DNA of 19,757 nucleotides from a virus (Duplodnaviria; Heunggongvirae; Uroviricota; Caudoviricetes): IMG/VR virus record IMGVR_UViG_2734482784_000002, positions 1 to 19,757 of that record; one strand, 5' to 3'. Shown piece by piece: positions 1 to 8,541 of this stretch (position 1 is its first letter; each line of letters starts with the position of its first letter). The notes under the pieces were generated by a model. It saw only the letters and a program-made list of their open reading frames with translations, ran no database searches and was not told where the DNA came from. The position numbers and the translations under genes were made by a program.

Positions 1-654
1 ATGTACTCAATAAAAAAAGTAACCATGCTCTTGGGGTGCCTCGCCCTCACCTGCTCGATCGCATTTCAGGCGAGTGCAACTGAAAAATTCAAGGTCATTA
101 CAACATTTACCATCATCGCAGATATGGCCAAAAACGTGGCTGGAGATGCTGCAGAAGTCTCATCCATAACCAAGCCCGGTGCAGAAATTCATGAGTATCA
201 GCCTACCCCTGGCGATATTAAACGTGCGCAGGGGGCACAACTGATTCTCGCCAATGGTATGAATCTGGAATTGTGGTTCCAACGCTTTTACCAGCATCTT
301 AATGGGGTTCCAGAAGTAATTGTCTCTTCGGGTGTGACGCCAGTAGGGATCACTGAAGGCCCCTATGAGGGCAAACCTAACCCCCATGCCTGGATGTCGC
401 CAGATAATGCTCTGATTTACGTCGATAATATTCGTGATGCGTTGATAAAATACGATCCGGCAAATGCACAAACCTACCAACGTAATGCCGATACTTATAA
501 AGCCAAGATTACCCAAACCCTTGCCCCCCTGCGTAAGCAGATTGCTGAACTCCCTGAGAATCAGCGATGGATGGTCACCAGTGAAGGGGCTTTTTCTTAT
601 CTCGCACGCGATTTGGGGCTAAAAGAGCTTTATCTGTGGCCGATTAATGCCGAT
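1..654 (+). pseudogene. sitA: Truncated periplasmic Mn/Fe-binding protein SitA (N-terminal ~218 codons only)
   Basis: ORF 1..732 begins MYSIKKVTMLLGCLALTCSIAFQASA with a lipoprotein-type signal and the HAWMSP and SEGAFSYL motifs of TroA/SitA-family metal-binding proteins. The family resemblance stops after ...LWPINAD (nt ~654); the remaining 25 codons are antisense of a J-like phage gene. Full-length homologs are ~300 aa as recalled. Confidence 0.7.
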
Positions 655-655
655 C

Positions 656-820
656 ACTGTCCAGCACCGGCGTACTGTTCAGCAGCACGCTTTTTAATCC
701 GTCCACCGGACCTTCAATCGGCCCTTCGCTGATGGCGTCTATCACGCTCAGCATCTGGGATGATTTCAGGTTGTCCTTCGCTTCGCGCGGGGTATGCCCC
801 TTACTGCTGCCTTTACCCAT
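656..820 (-). pseudogene. 5' remnant of lambda J-like tail tip/host-specificity gene (~55 codons)
   Basis: Minus-strand translation from ATG at 820: MGKGSSKGHTPREAKDNLKSSQMLSVIDAISEGPIEGPVDGLKSVLLNSTPVLDS, near-identical to the recalled lambda J N-terminus. It stops after 3 more codons (DRH*) where the sequence becomes sitA antisense. Below the 60-aa cutoff of the ORF track. Confidence 0.7.
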
Positions 821-831
821 TCCTCACGCTC

Positions 832-860
832 CATAAACGACAAAACCGCCCGCAGGCGGT
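832..860 (-). terminator. Hairpin plus U-tract downstream of the gpI-like ORF
   Basis: accgcc-cgca-ggcggt stem-loop at 845..860. On the minus strand it is followed by ttttgtcgttt (832..844), directly 3' of the ORF ending at 881. Confidence 0.45.
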
Positions 861-880
861 TTCACATAAAACGTTTTTCA

Positions 881-2146
881 TCAACGACCAATCACCACAA
901 CCTGACCACCGTCCCCCTCGTCTGCCGTGCTGATCTCCTGAGAAGCCACCCGCGACCCCACGCGCATTTCACCGTACAGAACAGGCAGAACATTGCCCTG
1001 GGCAACCATGTTATCCAGTGAGGAGAAATAGGTGTTCTGCTTACCGTTATCCGTTGTCTGTGTACGGGGAGTTCTGGCTTTCGGTGCCAGCATCTGGGCC
1101 ACACCACCGAGCACCATACTGGCACCGAGAGAAAACAGGATGCCGGTCATACCACCGGCCCCAATGGCTGCCCCCCACGCTGCAAGGGTGGCTCCGGCAG
1201 TAAAGAATGATCCGGCAATGGCGGCTGCTCCCAGGACAATCTGGAATATCGTAGGTGCTTCATCTGCTGCGGTAATGCTCAATTGAACCTGGATAATGTC
1301 GGTATTACCCCCATCAGGCCATTCACCTGACACCTGAACCTTCGGGAAACTGAAAGTGTATGCCCCCTCTCCATTCGAAAGCGTGAAGCTGAACGGAACT
1401 GTTTCTCCAGTCAGTGTTTTACTCCAGATTTCCCACGCGGCTTTAGACCATGAAAGCGTCACCGTACCGGACGGTGTAAAAGTAGTCGGAATATTTGCTC
1501 CTGCATAAGGCGAGCCAGTCCCGATACAACGCTGTGTCTGGAGTTTGTTATCGAACTGAATATCAAAACTGTCGATACAAAAACCGTTACCTCCGGCAAC
1601 ACCATTCAGGCTTACTGCTGAAACCTCCTTAAACGAATAACGTAGCTTTCCTGCACTATCCACAGGTTCGCCTTTGATAAAATTCGTATCATCGGCCTTT
1701 GATTCCCAGTCCAGTCCGGCAAAGGTTACGGTCGCTGTAATATCGCCGTCGTTAGGGATCTGCATTTTCCATGAGCCAACCTGCGCTCCTCTGACGACAG
1801 AGGCAATTCCGACATCGGACGCATAGGTCGCCAGAGAAAATGTTATTCGCTCATTCCCCATTGTCAGAGAATCGCCTGACCATTCCGCGCCGAAACAGGA
1901 TGCAAGAAAATCATCATGTTGACCCCAGCGAAATTTGGTACCAACATCACCGCCGACATCCACAGTGCCAGGCGTCGCCCCCTGAGCCATCCGGGAGCCA
2001 CCAATCTCATTATTTTCGCTTTTATTCTGGGTGGGTTTTACTCCCCAGCTTGTGCGTTTTAATAAACTCCAGTCACCACTTGCTGGCGTAGTGCCTGCAA
2101 CCGTCTCCCGGATAAATGCCGAGATAACCTTTGCACCTGAACTCAC
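881..2146 (-). CDS. Chimeric tail ORF: tail-tube-like N-terminal ~300 aa fused in frame to the C-terminal ~121 aa of a lambda gpI-like tail tip assembly protein
   Basis: The last 121 aa (FQIVLGAAAIAGSFFTAGATLAAWGAAIGAGGMTGILFSLGASMVLGGVAQMLAPKARTP...VLPVLYGEMRVGSRVASQEISTADEGDGGQVVVIGR, nt 881..1246) match the recalled lambda gpI C-terminus. The N-terminal part is unrelated; calling it a major tail protein rests on its position after the head-tail joining genes. Confidence 0.55.
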   Translation of the reverse strand: MSSGAKVISAFIRETVAGTTPASGDWSLLKRTSWGVKPTQNKSENNEIGGSRMAQGATPGTVDVGGDVGTKFRWGQHDDFLASCFGAEWSGDSLTMGNERITFSLATYASDVGIASVVRGAQVGSWKMQIPNDGDITATVTFAGLDWESKADDTNFIKGEPVDSAGKLRYSFKEVSAVSLNGVAGGNGFCIDSFDIQFDNKLQTQRCIGTGSPYAGANIPTTFTPSGTVTLSWSKAAWEIWSKTLTGETVPFSFTLSNGEGAYTFSFPKVQVSGEWPDGGNTDIIQVQLSITAADEAPTIFQIVLGAAAIAGSFFTAGATLAAWGAAIGAGGMTGILFSLGASMVLGGVAQMLAPKARTPRTQTTDNGKQNTYFSSLDNMVAQGNVLPVLYGEMRVGSRVASQEISTADEGDGGQVVVIGR

Positions 2147-2172
2147 AGGAGCCTCCTATGTCATTAATTGCG

Positions 2173-2565
2173 CTAGAGCGCGCGATATGGAATTTGAAGA
2201 TTAAGCTGGAACCAGCCATTCTTTTCGCCAACGGCTATTGAGGAAACAACCTGGTAACTGAGACGATCGTCATCCTGAAACTCAAACAGTTCCCGCAATT
2301 TATCGGCTGTCTCAGTAATGAGTTTTGAACCAGAACCTGCGGGGACAAATAACTGAATAATGATTATCCCCGTGCGATAAACAACCGGCCCCGCGCCAAT
2401 TTCATTAACTCCAGCCTGCCCGGGAATATTACTTAAACGCGCCCAGATTAACTTACCGGAAGGATCGAACGTTGGCCCGTTCGGATACAATACGTCTTTT
2501 CCATCAATAACCGTCTGTGCCGTCATTCTGGAAATGACCGTATTTCTGATTTCAGTAAACGTCAT
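2173..2565 (-). CDS. Phage neck/tail-terminator-like structural protein (position-based)
   Basis: 130-aa ORF whose start overlaps the stop of the upstream gene by 4 nt (2562..2565). It lies between an HK97 gp10-family-like gene and the tail-tube-like gene. No motif recognised with certainty. Confidence 0.4.
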   Translation of the reverse strand: MTFTEIRNTVISRMTAQTVIDGKDVLYPNGPTFDPSGKLIWARLSNIPGQAGVNEIGAGPVVYRTGIIIIQLFVPAGSGSKLITETADKLRELFEFQDDDRLSYQVVSSIAVGEKNGWFQLNLQIPYRAL

Positions 2566-2942
2566 TTGTAAGCCTGTAAAACACCATTAAAAGCGTTGGC
2601 ATACACGCCAGTTGGCGCTTGTTGTGAATGACCGTTTTCAAGAGCCTCTGCATAAGGAAGGTTATTCTGGATATAAATAATTCCGTAATTTGCAGCTTTC
2701 GAAATAACTCCGATCCCACGCTGAACCGCAATCGTACCGTTCGGATCCACGTTATCAGATATACCAAAATCGGGATACTGTAACGACACCATGTTGTTAT
2801 TTCTGAAACGCCCGGTATCAACCGGAGCAGCAATATCAATAGCAGTAAGAATCTGAATAGCGATGTAGCGAATTTTCAGCCCCACATCTTCCTCAATCAT
2901 CCCGGCAAATATTGACGGTTCGATATCCCATGCCTTTGCCAT
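2562..2942 (-). CDS. Head-tail joining protein, HK97 gp10-family-like
   Basis: 126-aa ORF in a translationally coupled chain of small structural genes downstream of the capsid gene. Family assignment is from general resemblance and position only. Confidence 0.4.
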   Translation of the reverse strand: MAKAWDIEPSIFAGMIEEDVGLKIRYIAIQILTAIDIAAPVDTGRFRNNNMVSLQYPDFGISDNVDPNGTIAVQRGIGVISKAANYGIIYIQNNLPYAEALENGHSQQAPTGVYANAFNGVLQAYK

Positions 2943-3329
2943 TTACGCTCTCCTTAACTGGATTGAGTAAACTGATGCGGAAGGATCTACACTCGCTGTA
3001 ATTACCTCGTATCGTTGCAACTGCCTTGATACAGAATCATAAATCTCAATAATATGACCGACAGCGGGTTTATCCGTAACCTCGCATACCAGAGCAGTTA
3101 ATTTAAGGTCACCATGCAAAATATTAATCCCATCAATTCTGCCCAGCTTATAACGCGTCAACACGCCTCGCCCGGTATAGGTTGCTGTGGATTCACCGCC
3201 AGTTTCAGTCACAGGATCCCAGTTCCGGTACGTAACGTAAGAACCAGAAAAATCACTCACGACGTCTGCTAAATCCTCATCAAAAGCAGCGGCAACCTCT
3301 GACTGAATCTCTTCACGAACCCCCATCAT
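2943..3329 (-). CDS. Head-tail adaptor/head-closure-like protein (position-based)
   Basis: 128-aa ORF whose start overlaps the stop of the upstream gene by 4 nt (3326..3329). Sits in the head-tail joining block. Confidence 0.35.
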   Translation of the reverse strand: MMGVREEIQSEVAAAFDEDLADVVSDFSGSYVTYRNWDPVTETGGESTATYTGRGVLTRYKLGRIDGINILHGDLKLTALVCEVTDKPAVGHIIEIYDSVSRQLQRYEVITASVDPSASVYSIQLRRA

Positions 3330-3721
3330 CCCCCCCTCACAACCCTGACTTGTGAGCGACTAAGTCCGTACGGTTTCAGCAGTGCTATCGCAAGCTGTAA
3401 ATCGGGTTCAAGCAATGCAGTGCTGTTTGCTGGCAATTCAGCAAATGATTTCGATACACTGACCCCGTCAGCCGACACGGCTTTACTGATAATAACGCCT
3501 GAATCATTTTTCTGCTGAAACAACTTACCGACAGAGGCAATTCTGGCTGCATATGCTCCCGCAAGTTTTACCTCTTCCGGAATACGGGATGGGTTAATTT
3601 TCAGGCTGAAGCCATTAAGCCAGGCATTAGCCATTAAAACAGCTTTATTTTTAGCGTTCTCACTCGTCCAGGCGTTCCCAAACGCATTATCAACGTCATC
3701 ACAGGTCACGTAAGTGATCAT
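3326..3721 (-). CDS. Head-tail connector-like protein (position-based)
   Basis: 131-aa ORF (MITYVTCDDVDNAFGNAW...). An AGGAG Shine-Dalgarno precedes the ATG at 3721. Confidence 0.35.
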   Translation of the reverse strand: MITYVTCDDVDNAFGNAWTSENAKNKAVLMANAWLNGFSLKINPSRIPEEVKLAGAYAARIASVGKLFQQKNDSGVIISKAVSADGVSVSKSFAELPANSTALLEPDLQLAIALLKPYGLSRSQVRVVRGG

Positions 3722-3724
3722 GTG

Positions 3725-3949
3725 TTACTCCTGAGTTTTCCAGCCCAGAGCCTTCCAGTTGTCAACTTCATCAGGATGAACATTAGCGATAGTTGGTGCG
3801 CCGGGAAACATCTGATAATCGGTCACCATAACCACTAACTCAATTTGCGTTTTTTGTGGCTCCTGAATTTGCTCCACATTTTGCTCCACCACTGCATTTT
3901 TTTGCGCGGCTTCACGCTGTGCTCTTTGCTCTTTAGTTAATCCGGCCAT
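3725..3949 (-). CDS. Small acidic phage protein of unknown function
   Basis: 74-aa ORF immediately downstream of the capsid gene with a GGAGG Shine-Dalgarno (complement of 3954..3958) about 5 nt upstream of the ATG. Confidence 0.4.
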   Translation of the reverse strand: MAGLTKEQRAQREAAQKNAVVEQNVEQIQEPQKTQIELVVMVTDYQMFPGAPTIANVHPDEVDNWKALGWKTQE

Positions 3950-3962
3950 ATACCCTCCATTA

Positions 3963-3984
3963 AAAATGGGGCCGAAGCCCCATT
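3963..3984 (-). terminator. Hairpin with UUCG loop and U-tract after the capsid gene (possible attenuator)
   Basis: Minus-strand RNA AAAUGGGGC-UUCG-GCCCCAUUU, with U-rich sequence continuing 3' to ~3957. It sits between the capsid stop (3992) and the next gene and overlaps that gene's Shine-Dalgarno. Confidence 0.4.
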
Positions 3985-3991
3985 TGGATGT

Positions 3992-5131
3992 TTAACCAAG
4001 AATCAGACAACCATGTGCCGGTTTCACTGACGAAACACCCCATGCCAGTCCAACTTCATAGCGCACCTGGCGATACTGACGATACAGTGCAATCTGGAAC
4101 GTAATCCCTGAAATCGGGTCCGTAACATTCATTACATCATCAGCATTATCGCCACCTTCCGGCATTGCCGGAGTACGGGATGCCAGCAGAAACGCGTTGC
4201 GATCAAACGCCATATTTGCAGTAAAAGAGCCAACAACTGTGATTGCAGTATCATCGGCCAGATCCTGACGCAGTCCCGGCGCTGCAAGAGTAATCAGATT
4301 GCTGGTCGCTGCTGCCACAACATACTGATTCGGATCGCCAGCGAACGTAACAATCTGACCTGCAGAAATACTCCCCGAACCAGTATCAATGGAAATAAGA
4401 ACATCGCCTTCTTTTTTCTCGCCATTCACGAGATAACCTGTTGCAGCAACCTTTGGCGCTCGTTTTACACCTGCCGAACTGTGAATATTGAATCCCTCCA
4501 GACGCCCCAACACGCCCTCACGCAGTAGCTGTTCAGTGCCGGATTCATTCACTTTAAACAATACAGACTGTTTTCCGCGCAAATTAGCAATGGCAGTGGA
4601 ACCAAGCACCATCTGCAGATCTGTTGTCGGTGCGCCGTTATCCTCCAGAACCTGACGAGCCAGAGCAGCATCAGAAAGATCATCTTTAACACCAAACGGC
4701 GTTGTCCCTGCGGTTCCCACGGCGCGGGAAGCACCGAAATACAACGCACCAAGATCAGCCTCAACCTCGTTTGCAAGGGCGCGAAAAGCCTGCTTGAACT
4801 GATCAGCCAGAATGGTGTTGTAAGTCCCTGAAGGGCCAAGAGCCAGTTGTTCTTCACCATTCCATTTAACCGGCGCCATTTTGGATTTAGTAATTTTTAC
4901 ATCAACAGTGCCAATATTTTGATCACCGGTATTCGGAGCTGACGGCCCCGGTACGATATCTTCGGTTTTCGCCTCAGGCGCAACTGGCGCGGTTACCGTC
5001 TGATCTTTTGCTGCGGCGTCAGCTTTTGCGTTTTTTGCTACCGCAGGGATAAAACCTACCTGCTCACGGGATACAACATCCAGGGCGGTGTAAATAGTCG
5101 GGATCAACCCGGTCAGGGTATTTCCAGCCAT
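3992..5131 (-). CDS. Major capsid protein
   Basis: 379-aa protein taking the ATG at 5131 (AAGGA about 10 nt upstream); the track's longer ORF to 5224 is an N-terminal over-extension. Large protein after a scaffold-like gene and before the connector genes, in canonical head-module order. Confidence 0.6.
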   Translation of the reverse strand: MAGNTLTGLIPTIYTALDVVSREQVGFIPAVAKNAKADAAAKDQTVTAPVAPEAKTEDIVPGPSAPNTGDQNIGTVDVKITKSKMAPVKWNGEEQLALGPSGTYNTILADQFKQAFRALANEVEADLGALYFGASRAVGTAGTTPFGVKDDLSDAALARQVLEDNGAPTTDLQMVLGSTAIANLRGKQSVLFKVNESGTEQLLREGVLGRLEGFNIHSSAGVKRAPKVAATGYLVNGEKKEGDVLISIDTGSGSISAGQIVTFAGDPNQYVVAAATSNLITLAAPGLRQDLADDTAITVVGSFTANMAFDRNAFLLASRTPAMPEGGDNADDVMNVTDPISGITFQIALYRQYRQVRYEVGLAWGVSSVKPAHGCLILG

Positions 5132-5229
5132 AATTAAATATTCCTTAAAAATTTGCGTAATTGTGAATAGATGGAGTAATGAGCTATCCAGCCCTGACAC
5201 CAGCTCCCATCCGGAAGCTGACAAATGTG

Positions 5230-5922
5230 TTAATCAACAATTGTGATACCGTCTTTCAATGCGTTTTGCTTACCTGCAACATCCAGTGCATCAAAAGCAG
5301 AGCGTTTCATCGTTTTCTGACCAATATCATGCTGTGTCGGACGGGAGCCGCCGCCATTGTTGCCACTGGCTTTCAGGATGTAGTCTTTCTGAGGGTAATT
5401 TTCGACGAGGAACTCCAGCGCCTCATCAAACTGCGCCAGTTCGCCAGGCTTCGCGCGGGAATAAATTTTGTTGCCGGAAGCGTCATAAGCAACGATCTTC
5501 CCTTCTTCCACTTTGAATGCCTGCCCGAAGCGGGCTTGTAATAAATCTGCCGGGATCGCAATTTTATCGGCAATATATTTTGAACCCGCAAAACTACCGC
5601 CAATCATAGAATCGTAAAGCTGCGTCTCCAGCATCTGAGAGCGTTGCTTTTCTTCATCTAATTGCTGCTGAAAATTTTTCGTAATTTCTGCCTTAACCTG
5701 GTCAACCTGTCCCGCATCGATCAGCTTTTTCTGGTCGATTTTTGACAGCATTTCCAGTGCCTCAATCGCCTTCTTCGGGTCTTCGATAGCGGCAAACTTA
5801 GCCAGTTTTTCCTCTGCAGCTTCTTTAGCCAGGCGATGATTTTTTGCCTCGCCATTAAGCTCTGTAATTTTTTTTGTCGCCAGCGGTGCATCGAAGCCGA
5901 TTTCTTTACCATCGTCGTGCAC
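5230..5922 (-). CDS. Capsid scaffolding-like protein (start uncertain)
   Basis: 230-aa charged, helix-rich ORF (EAAEEKLAKFAAIEDPKKAIEALEMLSKIDQKK...) immediately upstream of the capsid gene. The first codon at 5922 is GTG and the region 5721..5922 is also open in the ParB-like frame. Confidence 0.5.
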   Translation of the reverse strand: MHDDGKEIGFDAPLATKKITELNGEAKNHRLAKEAAEEKLAKFAAIEDPKKAIEALEMLSKIDQKKLIDAGQVDQVKAEITKNFQQQLDEEKQRSQMLETQLYDSMIGGSFAGSKYIADKIAIPADLLQARFGQAFKVEEGKIVAYDASGNKIYSRAKPGELAQFDEALEFLVENYPQKDYILKASGNNGGGSRPTQHDIGQKTMKRSAFDALDVAGKQNALKDGITIVD

Positions 5923-6344
5923 ATACCGGGCAAAACATCCGTCAACAGTTCATCAATTTCTGTCGGGATGAAGCCTGTCAGGGAGACATCAAAATCAGCA
6001 TTGATTAGGTCCGACAGCTCCATCCGCAACAGATCTTCATCCCAGCCAGCATTCATCGGCAGGCGATTATCTGCCAGGCGGTACGCCTTTTTCTGCTCAT
6101 CCGTCAGGCCAGACAGAACAATGACCGGAACAGAATCCATTTTGAGCATTTCAGCCGCCATAACACGACCGTAACCCGCAATAATTTCGCCCTTTTCGTC
6201 AATCAGCACCGGATTAGTCCAGCCGAATTGCTTAATACTTTCTACCAGTTGTGCCACCTGCTCAGTACTGTGCGTCCTGGCGTTGTGCGCATACGGTGAC
6301 AATTCTTGTAATGGGCGATAGACTATCTTTAATTTCTCGCTCAT
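5721..6344 (-). CDS. ynaK: ParB-like nuclease-domain protein (ynaK-like); C-terminal ~65 codons probably not authentic
   Basis: The N-terminal ~140 aa (IVYRPLQELSPYAHNARTHSTEQVAQLVESIKQFGWTNPVLIDEKGEIIAGYGRVMAAEML...) form a typical ParB N-terminal domain. The K/R-rich tail after ...TEIDELLTDVLPG overlaps the scaffold frame. The ynaK assignment is recalled from the position next to trkG in K-12 Rac. Confidence 0.6.
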   Translation of the reverse strand: MSEKLKIVYRPLQELSPYAHNARTHSTEQVAQLVESIKQFGWTNPVLIDEKGEIIAGYGRVMAAEMLKMDSVPVIVLSGLTDEQKKAYRLADNRLPMNAGWDEDLLRMELSDLINADFDVSLTGFIPTEIDELLTDVLPGMCTTMVKKSASMHRWRQKKLQSLMARQKIIAWLKKLQRKNWLSLPLSKTRRRRLRHWKCCQKSTRKS

Positions 6345-6360
6345 ACAGCCTTGCTTTATG

Positions 6361-6395
6361 AATAAAACGCACCCCAGCAGCCAGTGCTACTGGGG
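6361..6395 (-). terminator. Terminator downstream of trkG
   Basis: GC-rich hairpin (ccccag...ctgggg, 6372..6395) followed on the minus strand by ugcguuuuauu. Lies between the trkG stop and the ParB-like start. Confidence 0.4.
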
Positions 6396-6481
6396 GCGGA
6401 GGTGTTGCTGGTAAAGTTAGGTATTGGATCAATGAGTGAGTCAATATAATATTAAACTCACAATTATAAATCAGCCATATA

Positions 6482-7939
6482 TTAGGAGCGCCAAAAAAAA
6501 CCTGAAAACAATATAATAACAGGATAAATTTCAAGGCGACCAAGAATCATAGCTATGCACATTAAATATTTTGCAATGTCATTAAGCACTCCGAATGACG
6601 ATGCAGTAGCCCCAAAACCTAATCCCATATTATTAATACATGCAGCCACTGTTGCAAATGATGTAAGAAAATCATATCCCATACCATTTAACACCAGTAT
6701 AAAAAACACCGTGAAGAGAGTATAAAGAAAAAAGAAACTCCATACAGACCTCATTACACGATCTGTAACTATCTTCCCTCCTACATTTACACTCAACAAC
6801 GCTCTGGGATGAGAAAGCTGATTTATCTCGTGTTTGCTTTGTTTGAAAAGTATAAGAAATCGAAGTGACTTAATTCCACCACAAGTTGAACCTATACATC
6901 CCCCAAAGAAACTTGACGACAGCAAAAACACTATCGTGTGCGTGGGCCAGTTTGCATAATCCTGCGTAGCTAAACCATTATCAGTGAGCATGGAGCTGGC
7001 AAGAAAAAACGAATGAATAAAACTTCCATGCAAGTCATACATACCTATATGCCAGACCTGGAAAGAGGTAACAATGATCACCCCTAAGGCTATTAACAGA
7101 AAGAAACGAAGTTCAATATCTCTGATTAAAGGTTTTATCGTTTTCCTGCTAATAACAATATACCAAAGAGTGAAGTTGAAAGCCGATAGCAGGGAAAAAG
7201 AACCAGCCACCAGCTCAACCAAATAGTTATTAAAATATCCGATACTCTCGCTATGAGTTGAGAAACCACCAAGCGAAACTGTGGAAATCCCGTGACAAAT
7301 AGCATCAAACAAAGGCATTCCTGCAAGTCTATAACAGACAATACAAGCAATACCTAATAAAGAATAAGTTATCCACAGTGTCCGTGACGTATCGGCCAGG
7401 CGGGGAGTGAGTTTGTCATCCTTAAATGGCCCCGGCATTTCTGACTGATAAAGCTTTGCACCACCAATACCCAATAATGGCAATACAGCAACCGCCAGAA
7501 CAATAACTCCTAAACCACCTATAAAATTTAACTGTGACCGATAGTACAAATATGCCCGAGGTAATGAACTAACATCATCAATTACAGTTGCTCCTGTTGT
7601 TGTTATTCCAGAAACCCCTTCAAACAGAGCATCAATGAACGTTAAATTAAGTTCTGAGTCAATCCATAAAGGGAATGCACTAATAACAGAAAACAAAATC
7701 CAAAACATTACAATTATAATAAACCCATCACGGGTACGTAATTGAATGCCAGATTTCTTAGTTGTATACCACGCTCCGCCACCAATGCAAAAAAATATAA
7801 CGAAAGTTATAAAGAAAACGAACAGGCTTTTTTCTTTATAAAACAATGCTACAACCATTGGTGGCAACATTGAAAGACTATAGAGCCAAACCAGGAACCC
7901 ACACATATGAGTAACAACTCTTACATGAGATGTATTCAT
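6482..7939 (-). CDS. trkG: Potassium uptake protein TrkG (Trk-system membrane subunit, prophage moron)
   Basis: Multi-pass membrane protein MNTSHVRVVTHMCGFLVWLYSLSMLPPMVVALFYKEKSLFVFF... recognised as Rac TrkG (485 aa as recalled). The ORF track starts 6 codons upstream at 7957. The gene and its flanks are visibly more AT-rich than the rest of the window. Confidence 0.9.
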   Translation of the reverse strand: MNTSHVRVVTHMCGFLVWLYSLSMLPPMVVALFYKEKSLFVFFITFVIFFCIGGGAWYTTKKSGIQLRTRDGFIIIVMFWILFSVISAFPLWIDSELNLTFIDALFEGVSGITTTGATVIDDVSSLPRAYLYYRSQLNFIGGLGVIVLAVAVLPLLGIGGAKLYQSEMPGPFKDDKLTPRLADTSRTLWITYSLLGIACIVCYRLAGMPLFDAICHGISTVSLGGFSTHSESIGYFNNYLVELVAGSFSLLSAFNFTLWYIVISRKTIKPLIRDIELRFFLLIALGVIIVTSFQVWHIGMYDLHGSFIHSFFLASSMLTDNGLATQDYANWPTHTIVFLLSSSFFGGCIGSTCGGIKSLRFLILFKQSKHEINQLSHPRALLSVNVGGKIVTDRVMRSVWSFFFLYTLFTVFFILVLNGMGYDFLTSFATVAACINNMGLGFGATASSFGVLNDIAKYLMCIAMILGRLEIYPVIILFSGFFWRS

Positions 7940-8076
7940 ATCTAAATATTCTTTCAATTATAACCACCTTGCTGCAATATTATGATTATACTGTATAAAA
8001 TTTAACTCCTCTTAGATCTTACTTCACTGTTCCTTATGAAACAATCATCAAAATGAATCATATTGTAGTTAAGATT

Positions 8077-8541
8077 TTACTTTAAACACTGTTCGGTTAT
8101 GTATTGCTGAGCACCTTCAAGTTGGGCCTGCATCATTACCAGTCGTTCCCGGAGGGTGAAATAATCCCGTTCAGCGGTGTCTGCCAGTCGGGGGGAGGCT
8201 GCATTATCCACGCCGGAGGCGGTGGTGGCTTCACGCACTGACTGACAGACTGCTTTGATGTGCAACCGACGACGACCAGCGGCAACATCATCACGCAGAG
8301 CATCATTTTCAGCTTTCGCATCAGCTAACTCCTTCGTGTATTTTGCATCGAGCGCAGCAACATCACGCTGACGCATCTGCATGTCAGTAATTGCCGCGTT
8401 CGCCAGCTTCAGTTCTCTGGCATTTTTGTCGCGCTGGGCTTTGTAGGCAATGGCGTTATCACGGTAATGATTAACAGCCCATGACAGGCAGACGATGATG
8501 CAGATAACCAGAGCGGAGATAATCGCGGTTACTCTGTTCAT
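8077..8541 (-). CDS. rzpR: Rz inner-membrane spanin subunit (lambda-type)
   Basis: [31 protein letters not shown]... matches the recalled lambda Rz. The ATG at 8541 overlaps the endolysin stop (ATGA); the track's start at 8553 is a GTG. Confidence 0.85.
   Translation of the reverse strand: MNRVTAIISALVICIIVCLSWAVNHYRDNAIAYKAQRDKNARELKLANAAITDMQMRQRDVAALDAKYTKELADAKAENDALRDDVAAGRRRLHIKAVCQSVREATTASGVDNAASPRLADTAERDYFTLRERLVMMQAQLEGAQQYITEQCLK
8136..8321 (-). CDS. rzoR: Rz1 outer-membrane lipoprotein spanin subunit, embedded in Rz in the +1 frame
   Basis: [52 protein letters not shown]... has a lipobox (VVGC) and proline-rich core and lies wholly inside Rz, the classic embedded arrangement. 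Confidence 0.85.
   Translation of the reverse strand: MRKLKMMLCVMMLPLVVVGCTSKQSVSQCVKPPPPPAWIMQPPPDWQTPLNGIISPSGNDW

Noticed and set aside
160-516. 118-aa minus-strand ORF inside sitA
   Set aside because: Fully antisense to a well-supported coding region, no recognisable motif; typical shadow ORF.
794-1286. Several overlapping ORFs (794..1021 +, 892..1125 -, 1018..1203 +, 1032..1286 +) around the gpI-like region
   Set aside because: They overlap the J stub or the gpI-like C-terminal coding region in other frames and are Pro/Arg-rich alternate-frame artefacts of GC-rich coding DNA.
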